A DNA stretch of 64,000 nt from Candidatus Latescibacterota bacterium (GTDB lineage: Bacteria; Latescibacterota; UBA2968; UBA8231). Made by a program: the position numbers and the translations under genes. Under the pieces are notes generated by a model. It was not told where the DNA came from, did not search any database, and was given only the letters and a program-made list of their open reading frames with translations. This document shows positions 57,610-64,000 of the stretch, piece by piece (the first letter of the stretch is position 1; each line of letters begins with the position of its first letter). The stretch is from the NCBI GenBank assembly GCA_965248355.1, contig OZ252098.1, positions 2,016,001 to 2,080,000 on the forward strand. The letters are read 5' to 3'.

Positions 57610-58794
57610 GTGAAACCGTACGCCGCCGGCCCGGCCCGGATCCCGCGCTCCGGGATCCGCGAGATCATGGACCTGGCCTGGGCGACGCCGGGGGTCATCC
57701 ACCTCGAGGTGGGCCAGCCCGACTTCGACACGCCGGACCACATCGTCGAGGCCGCCTGCCGCGCCGCCCGCGAGGGCCACACGCGCTACGTGCCGAACGC
57801 GGGGATCGACCCTCTGCGCGCCGCCGCCGCCCGCTACGTGGAGGGCCGCACGGGCGTGCCCACCACGCCGGAGCACATCGTCGTCACCCAGGGCGCCGTC
57901 CTCAGCGTCGCCACCGCCCTCCTCTCCCTCCTCGACCCCGGCGACGAGGTGCTGCTGCCCGACCCGGGGTGGCCGAACTACGCCATGGCCGCGCCCCTGT
58001 TCCACGGCCGCTCCGTGTTCTACGAACTGCGGCCGGAGCGCCGCTTCCTGCCCGACCCGGAGCAGGTGGAGTCGCTGATCACGCCGCGCACGAAGCTGCT
58101 GCTGCTGTGCAGCCCGTCCAATCCCACGGGACAGGTCCACGGCCGCGAGCTGACCGAGGCCCTGATGGAGGTGGCCCGCCGCCACGATTTGTGGGTGCTG
58201 GCCGACGAGATCTACTCGGAGATCGTCTTCGACGGCGCCGATCACGTGAGCTGCGCCTCCCACGACCCGGACGAGCGCGTGATCCTGGTCACCGGCATGT
58301 CCAAGAGCTACGCCATGACCGGGTTCCGGGTCGGCTTCACGCGGGCCCGGCCGGACTACATCGAGATGGCCAGCAAGCTGCAGGAGCCCCTCGTCTCGTG
58401 CGGCGTCGCCTTCGCCCAGATGGCGGCGGTGGAGGCCCTGGAGGGTCCCCAGGACTGCGTCCGCCAGATGCGCGGCGCCTACCAGCGGCGCCGCGACCTG
58501 GCTTTGGAGATGCTGCGCGAGCACGGCCTCTACCGCTACACCCCGGGCGGCGCCTTCTACCTGCTCGTGGACATCTCCGCCGCCGGCATGGCCTCGCGGG
58601 ACTTCTGCCTGGAGCTGATCGAGCGCCACAAGGTGGCCGTGGCCCCGGGCCGCACCTTCGGCCGGGTGTGCGCCGACCACGTGCGCATCTCCATCGCCTC
58701 GCCGGAGGAGAACATCCGCGAGGGGGTGACGCGCATCTGCCGCATGATCCACGAGAAGGCCGGCCGCGCCGCCCCGGCGGCAGCCGGCGGTTGA
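57610..58794 (+). CDS. Class I/II PLP-dependent aminotransferase (AspC-like)
   Basis: GQPDFDTP, SPSNPTG, DEIY, SKSYAMTGFRVG, GAFY. Confidence 0.94.
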   Translation: MKPYAAGPARIPRSGIREIMDLAWATPGVIHLEVGQPDFDTPDHIVEAACRAAREGHTRYVPNAGIDPLRAAAARYVEGRTGVPTTPEHIVVTQGAVLSVATALLSLLDPGDEVLLPDPGWPNYAMAAPLFHGRSVFYELRPERRFLPDPEQVESLITPRTKLLLLCSPSNPTGQVHGRELTEALMEVARRHDLWVLADEIYSEIVFDGADHVSCASHDPDERVILVTGMSKSYAMTGFRVGFTRARPDYIEMASKLQEPLVSCGVAFAQMAAVEALEGPQDCVRQMRGAYQRRRDLALEMLREHGLYRYTPGGAFYLLVDISAAGMASRDFCLELIERHKVAVAPGRTFGRVCADHVRISIASPEENIREGVTRICRMIHEKAGRAAPAAAGG

Positions 58795-58804
58795 GCGGTC
58801 CGGC

Positions 58805-59887
58805 CTAGAGGTAGCGCTCCAGGTCGGGATCTCCGCCGAGGCGGTCTACGATCTCCCGCACGCGCTGAGCCTGGTCCCTGCGGCAGACGAGCAGGGCGTC
58901 CTCGGTGTCGACGACGACGAGATCCTCCACCCCCACCAGGGCGACCAGCTTCTCCGCCCCCCCGCGGACGATGAGGTTGCGCCCGTCGATGGCCAGGACC
59001 CGGCCGCGCAGCAGGTTGCCCTCTTCGTCGGCCTCCATCACGTCGGCCAGGGCCGCCCAGCTGCCCACGTCCCCCCAGTTCAGCTCTCCCTCGAGGGCCG
59101 CCACGCACGCCGCCGGCTCGATGATGGCGTGGTCCACGGCGATGGACGGCATGGCCGGGTACTCGCGCTCCGCCGCCGCCTGCCAGTCGCCCGAGGCCGC
59201 GGCCTCCGCGATCGGCTGCAGGCGCTCGTGGATGTCGGGGGCGTGGCGCGCGAAGAGATCGAGGACGGTGCGCGCCTTCCAGACGAACATGTTGGTGTTC
59301 CACAGGTAGCGGCCGCTCCCGGTGTACTGACGGGCGCGCTCCAGGTCCGGCTTCTCGGTGAACTCGGTCACTCGCCAGACCGGGTCCTCGCCCACCCGGC
59401 ACAGCTCCCCCCCCTTGCCGACGTAGCCGTAGCCGGTCTCCGGCCGCGTGGGCCGCACGCCGATGAGGTAGAGATACTCCGGGTGGTCGTCGGCGGCGCC
59501 GACCGCCGCCGACAGCAGGCGCCGGAACTCGCCGGGGCGGCCGATGTAGTGGTCGGAGCCGAGGCTGGCCACGGTGCATCCCGGCCAGCGGGCCTCCAGC
59601 AGGGCGCATTCGAGGGCCACCGCCGGCCCCGTGTTGCGCAGGGCGGGCTCGACGATCAGGTGGCCCTCGGGCAGGACGGGGAGCTGCGCGCGCACCAGAC
59701 CGACCATCTCCGGGCCGGTGGAGACGAAGACGTCGGCGGGGCCCGCCATGGGGGCGATGCGCGAGTACGTGTCCTGCAGCATCGTGCCCTCACCGGCCAG
59801 GGCCTGGAACTGCTTCGGCCGCCCCTTGCGGCTGTAGGGCCAGAGGCGGGTGCCGATCCCGCCGGCGCGGATGACCACCTTCAGCAT
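58805..59887 (-). CDS. manC: Mannose-1-phosphate guanylyltransferase
   Basis: AGGIGTRLWPYSR...PKQF, EPALRNT, PETGYGY, FTEKP, WGDVGSW. Confidence 0.92.
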   Translation of the reverse strand: MLKVVIRAGGIGTRLWPYSRKGRPKQFQALAGEGTMLQDTYSRIAPMAGPADVFVSTGPEMVGLVRAQLPVLPEGHLIVEPALRNTGPAVALECALLEARWPGCTVASLGSDHYIGRPGEFRRLLSAAVGAADDHPEYLYLIGVRPTRPETGYGYVGKGGELCRVGEDPVWRVTEFTEKPDLERARQYTGSGRYLWNTNMFVWKARTVLDLFARHAPDIHERLQPIAEAAASGDWQAAAEREYPAMPSIAVDHAIIEPAACVAALEGELNWGDVGSWAALADVMEADEEGNLLRGRVLAIDGRNLIVRGGAEKLVALVGVEDLVVVDTEDALLVCRRDQAQRVREIVDRLGGDPDLERYL

Positions 59888-60840
59888 ACCGGCTCCGCCA
59901 CCAGGTACTGCAGGGATGGATCCGCCGGCACCAGGGCGACCTGGCGTGCCGCCGGCACCAGGGCCGAGTCGCCGGCGGCCAGGTCTACCTCTCCGAGCCG
60001 CGCCGCTCCGGCGACGACGGTGACGGCGGCGAAGACCTCCGAGCCCAGGAGGCGCTCACCATCGCCGAACAGTGTCAGGCGGAAGGCGCCGGCCTCCACC
60101 AGGACCTCGCCGCACGGGCCGGGCCGGGGCGCAGCCCGGGGCTCGGAGGCCTCCGCCTCGAAGTCGATCACCTCCATCGCCCGCTCGAGATGCAATTCGC
60201 GCGGTTGGCCGTCGAGCCCGGGGCGGCCGTAGTCGTACAGGCGGAAGGTGAGGTCGCTGGCCTGCTGCACCTCGTAGACCATCACCCCGCGGCCGAGGGC
60301 GTGGACCGTGCCGGCCGGCAGCAGCACCACGTCGGCGGCCTCCACCGGGCGGTAGCGAACGGCCTCCTCGGCGCGCCCGGCGGCCAGCGCCTGTTCCAGG
60401 CGGCGGCGGTCCACTCCCTCACGCAGACCGAGGACGATCCCCCCGGAGTCCAGGACGTACCAGGCCTCGGTCTTGCCGAAGGCGCCCAGGCCCTCGCGGC
60501 GGGCGTACCCGTCGTCGGGGTGGACCTGGATCGACAGGTCCTCGGCGGCGTCGATGAGCTTGATCAGCAGGGGGAACTCGCCGCCGTAGCGCGCGCGCAC
60601 CGGCGCTCCCACGAGGGCCTCTCCGAACTCCTCCGCCAGGCCGGCGAGGCCCCGCCCGGCCAGCGGTCCCGAGCGCACGACGCTCTCGGCCCCCGGCAGG
60701 GCGGAGACCTCGAGGGACTCCCCCACCGGGGCCCCCGGGGGCAGGTCCTTGCCGAAGCGCTCGCCGAGGCGGCGGCCGCCCCAGACGGTGGGGCGCAGGT
60801 GCGGCTCCAGAGGGAGGATGTCGGGAAGGGATCCGGGCAC
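59881..60840 (-). CDS. manA: Mannose-6-phosphate isomerase, class I
   Basis: VWGG, FPLLIKLIDA..DLSIQVHP, GKTEAW, AGTVHA, EVQQASD.T.RLYD; start uncertain (ORF open to 60948). Confidence 0.92.
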   Translation of the reverse strand: MPGSLPDILPLEPHLRPTVWGGRRLGERFGKDLPPGAPVGESLEVSALPGAESVVRSGPLAGRGLAGLAEEFGEALVGAPVRARYGGEFPLLIKLIDAAEDLSIQVHPDDGYARREGLGAFGKTEAWYVLDSGGIVLGLREGVDRRRLEQALAAGRAEEAVRYRPVEAADVVLLPAGTVHALGRGVMVYEVQQASDLTFRLYDYGRPGLDGQPRELHLERAMEVIDFEAEASEPRAAPRPGPCGEVLVEAGAFRLTLFGDGERLLGSEVFAAVTVVAGAARLGEVDLAAGDSALVPAARQVALVPADPSLQYLVAEPVC

Positions 60841-60980
60841 GGGTTGACTCGCGGAGAAACCTACGCCGGGCCTCTTGCGGTGGACAGAAGGCGAGCCCGC
60901 CGGTTGAGTGGGTTCCGGGGGTGGACTATCCTCCAAGTCCCGCTCCATCCACGACGCCCAAAACCCCGGGAGAGATTCCG

Positions 60981-61919
60981 ATGGTCGACGCCCCGCGCCC
61001 GCTGACCAACCCCTTCGCCCTTTCCGACGACGACGGCTACACCTGGGTGAAGGGAAACCTTCACAGCCACACCACCAACTCCGACGGCCGCGTCGGGCCC
61101 CAGGAGCGGCTCGACGGGTACGTGGGAGAGGGCTACGACTTCCTCTGCCTCTCCGACCACCACAAGATCACGCGCACCGATTCCGTGGACGCGCCCGGCG
61201 ACTTCGTCCTGATCCAGGGGGCCGAGCTGCATCCGGCCAACCCCTTCGGCGGCCAGGTCCACCACTTCCTCTGCCTCAACATCCACGAGGACATGGACTC
61301 ACGGGCCATGCCGCCCCAGCACGTCATCGACACCTGCAACGAGCAGGGAGGCCAGGTCTGGCTCGCCCATCCCTACTGGAGCTCGGTGAACATCCTGCGC
61401 GACACCCTGCCCCTGAGCGGGTTCGCCGGCGTCGAGGTCTTCAACAGCACCTGCCGCCGCCACGGCCGCGGCGAGTCCGGCCCCCACTGGGACGACTGGA
61501 TGGCCCAGGAGGACCGACTCTATCCGTGCCTGGGCAACGACGACTCCCACCAGGCCCCGGAGGCCCGCCACGACACCTACCAGGGCTGGACCATGGCCCG
61601 CGTCCGGGAGCGCACCCCGGCGGCCGTGCTCCAGGCCCTGGCCAGCGCCGCTTCCTACGCGTCCAACGGCCCGGCGATCCACGCCATCGAGCTGCGCCGC
61701 AGCGGCGAGGAGGTCGAGGCCCGCGTGCGCTGCTCGGAGGCCCGCCGCGTGACCGCCGTCCACGACGTGGTCGGCAAGGAGTACCACGAGCACGGCGACA
61801 TCTTCGAGGAGGCCGTCTTCCCCCTGCGCCCCAAGGCCCGCTGGGTGCGCTTCGAGGTCATGGGGCCGGAGGGGGACAAGGCCTGGTCGAACCCGTTCGA
61901 CTTGGGGGCGGTGGAGTAG
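60981..61919 (+). CDS. PHP-family metallohydrolase (CehA/McbA-like)
   Basis: KGNLHSHTTNSDG, LSDHH, LAHP, VEVFN, NDDSH, AWSNP. Confidence 0.85.
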   Translation: MVDAPRPLTNPFALSDDDGYTWVKGNLHSHTTNSDGRVGPQERLDGYVGEGYDFLCLSDHHKITRTDSVDAPGDFVLIQGAELHPANPFGGQVHHFLCLNIHEDMDSRAMPPQHVIDTCNEQGGQVWLAHPYWSSVNILRDTLPLSGFAGVEVFNSTCRRHGRGESGPHWDDWMAQEDRLYPCLGNDDSHQAPEARHDTYQGWTMARVRERTPAAVLQALASAASYASNGPAIHAIELRRSGEEVEARVRCSEARRVTAVHDVVGKEYHEHGDIFEEAVFPLRPKARWVRFEVMGPEGDKAWSNPFDLGAVE

Positions 61920-61947
61920 GCGGCCTGATCTGTCCGGCCAGTCTCTT

Positions 61948-62157
61948 ATGCCAGACTACACCGCGGTCATCAAGAATGAAGGGGAGTGGTGGATCGGGTG
62001 GATCGAAGAGATCCCCGGGGTGAACTGCCAGGAACGCACCCACCAGGAACTCTTGGAGACCTTGCGAGTGACCCTTCGAGAAGCCCTGGAATTCAACCGC
62101 CAGGAGGCCAAGTCGGCTGCCGGTCCCGATTACGTGGAAGAGCAGATCGCCTTGTGA
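61948..62157 (+). CDS. hicB: HicB-family antitoxin (short form)
   Basis: YTAVIK.EGEWWIGWIEEIPGVNCQE.T..ELL. Confidence 0.88.
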   Translation: MPDYTAVIKNEGEWWIGWIEEIPGVNCQERTHQELLETLRVTLREALEFNRQEAKSAAGPDYVEEQIAL

Positions 62158-62185
62158 ATGCGTCGTTCGTTTGATTGGCAGCGCT

Positions 62186-62362
62186 TCATCCTGAGGCCGT
62201 CGGGTGTGAAATCCGAACTCGTCCACCGCGTATTGTTATCACGGCCCGCTCTTTCAGCGCTTGATGGTGATGGTCGATGACTGCTTCAACCAGTTCGATC
62301 CGCTGTGGCACTCGAGCGTCAGGCAGGAGTATCAATCCGGCGTGGACAACTCGGCGCAGGTA
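62186..62362 (-). pseudogene. C-terminal remnant of DUF5615 PIN-like toxin
   Basis: YLRRVVHAGLILLPD...ALKERAVITIRGGRVRIS without start or N-terminal catalytic half, downstream of DUF433 gene. Confidence 0.6.
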
Positions 62363-62610
62363 GGTCCTCCGACCGAGACCGGCGCCAGGGTGTCGCCAGC
62401 TATCACTGTGTGTGCGTAGGCGATGCAGGCGCGGATGTCTTCCAGTTCCAGCCCAGAGTAGTCGTCCAGGAGTTCCTCCTGTGTGGCTCCCTGGCTCAGC
62501 AGGCTCAGTATCAGCTCCACAGATATCCGCATGTCCCGCACGATGGGCTTGCCGCCGAATACTTCGGGACGGGCTGTTATGCGGTTCAGAAGTTCATCCC
62601 TGGTCGTCAT
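62332..62610 (-). CDS. DUF433 domain antitoxin
   Basis: RITARPEVFGGKPIVRDMRISVE.IL..L..G.T.EELL.DY..LE.EDIRAC..YA. Confidence 0.9.
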   Translation of the reverse strand: MTTRDELLNRITARPEVFGGKPIVRDMRISVELILSLLSQGATQEELLDDYSGLELEDIRACIAYAHTVIAGDTLAPVSVGGPTCAELSTPD

Positions 62611-62722
62611 ATCTTCCCTCCGTTCATGGGTGGTCGGCTATCGAAGATAGGAGAAGGAGCGTCGGATGGCAGGTCGGAGGTCTCGCGGCCGTGACCGGCC
62701 CGCCGACCGGAGCCACGCGTTG

Positions 62723-64000
62723 CTACCAGGGCACCGAGTACGACGGGTCCTTGGCGAACCGCTCCATCCCCAGGTCGAGGCGGATACCCGCCCCCGGCGC
62801 CAGCCCGAGGGTGAACTGCCGGTCCTGCACCTCCACCACCCGATCCCCTAACTGCCCCTGGACCACCTCCCGGAACTGCTCCTCGTGCGTCTGGCCGGCG
62901 GCGGCCTCTTCGGCGCTCAGAGGACGGCGCTGCTGCCAGGAAGCACTGGTGAAACGGTGCTCGCCGAAAACGCCGGCCTGCACCACCATCTCCCGCGGCT
63001 CGGTGGCGCTGAGGTTCACCAGCTGCACCACGACGCGGTCCTCCTCGAGGACCTCCACCAGGGCGGCGACGTCGCGCGGCAGTCCGGGACGGCGGCGCCG
63101 GCAGTCGAAGTAGCGCAGCCGCGCCATTTGCAGGCCGCCGTTGTAGAGGTATAGCGGTCCGCCCATGGTCAGCTGCAGCAGCCCCTCCACGGTGATGGGG
63201 TTGCGCGCCTGGAGGTACCAGTCCCCGTAGGTCGCCGGGTCCTGCCGGTCGTCGCGCATGAAGGCCAGCCGCTGGTGCACCTGGGCGTGGTTGTGGCGCA
63301 GGATGTCGACCGGGAACCCGGGATACTCCCCCCGCAGCCATGAGAGCCAGGCGGCCTCGTGGCCGGCGCCGTGCTTGGAGCCGTGGGAGCGGATGCGGCG
63401 CCAGTCCTCGGACTCGTGGTTGCGCTGCTCCACGAGCCGGTCCGCGTCGGCGGCGTCCATCGTCATCTGCCAGATGTGCGTCATCGGGGCGGCCTGCATG
63501 GGCGCGAACCCGTCCCATCCCTTGTCGTGGTAGTGATGGGGGGCGTACAGGGTGGAGCCGCGCCTCTCCCCCTTCTCCATGAGCAGGTCGATCTGCGAGC
63601 GCGGGAACTCCATGTAACCGGGGTCGCGGCACATGAGAGCCGCGTTCTCGGCCGCAGCGGTCACCGCGTCGGCCATCAGGTGCCAGCCGTGGGGCCAGGT
63701 CCAGCCGTAGTAGCCTCCCCACCACTTGCCGTCGATGTACTCCCCGATCCTCCCCGACAGGCCGACGTTGTCGGGAAGGATGCCGCCGTTCTCCCGGGTG
63801 CGCTCCATCCAGCTTTCGGTGTACTCCACCACCCAGTCGCGGTACTTCGCCTCGCCCCCGAAGAGGTAGGCGTTGGTGACCAAAGTGGTGGCGCCGAGGT
63901 TGGTGGCCACGTCGCCGCGGCCCATGCGCTCGACGAGGGTGCGCCCCATCAACTCCTCCATGCCCGGCTTCCGGAGGTCCTCGACCGAGTCGATGCCGGG
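62723..64000 (-). CDS. Conserved hypothetical protein, partial (5' end outside window); possible (alpha/alpha)-barrel carbohydrate-active enzyme
   Basis: Long ORF with host-like codon usage; NGGILPDNVG, WWGGYYGW, RYFD..RRRPGLP, QAGVFGEH. Confidence 0.7.
   Translation of the reverse strand, partial: PGIDSVEDLRKPGMEELMGRTLVERMGRGDVATNLGATTLVTNAYLFGGEAKYRDWVVEYTESWMERTRENGGILPDNVGLSGRIGEYIDGKWWGGYYGWTWPHGWHLMADAVTAAAENAALMCRDPGYMEFPRSQIDLLMEKGERRGSTLYAPHHYHDKGWDGFAPMQAAPMTHIWQMTMDAADADRLVEQRNHESEDWRRIRSHGSKHGAGHEAAWLSWLRGEYPGFPVDILRHNHAQVHQRLAFMRDDRQDPATYGDWYLQARNPITVEGLLQLTMGGPLYLYNGGLQMARLRYFDCRRRRPGLPRDVAALVEVLEEDRVVVQLVNLSATEPREMVVQAGVFGEHRFTSASWQQRRPLSAEEAAAGQTHEEQFREVVQGQLGDRVVEVQDRQFTLGLAPGAGIRLDLGMERFAKDPSYSVPW

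Overview
High-GC (about 70% by eye) bacterial chromosomal segment. A PorV/PorQ-family barrel, DUF4321/DUF3098-like proteins and a short RpoD-like sigma suggest an FCB-group lineage such as Latescibacterota or Gemmatimonadota (inference). The window is mostly housekeeping genes: nfo, recJ, rsmB, rpe, ffh-rpsP-rimM-trmD-rplS, purF, amtB-glnK, polA, ecfT-truA-htrA-psd-pssA-tatA-gatA, sodN-pcm, radC, lnt/tatC and manA-manC. It also holds carbohydrate-catabolic enzymes and three small lower-GC accessory patches (about 32.9-34.9 kb, 40.4-43.2 kb and 61.9-62.7 kb). Most notable: (1) an ECF sigma factor fused to what looks like domains II-III of a DNA polymerase III beta sliding clamp; (2) an in-frame Lnt-TatC fusion; (3) two tandem Rieske-plus-helical-domain paralogs directly upstream of amtB-glnK; (4) a lipoprotein / L,D-transpeptidase / catalytically dead paralog module; (5) a variable site where two cargo alleles are stacked through a chimeric ecfT-heparinase junction at a 9-bp microhomology. 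I saw no rRNA, tRNA or CRISPR array. Several apparent 1-2 nt indels mean assembly errors cannot be excluded. All family calls come from motif recognition, not database searches.
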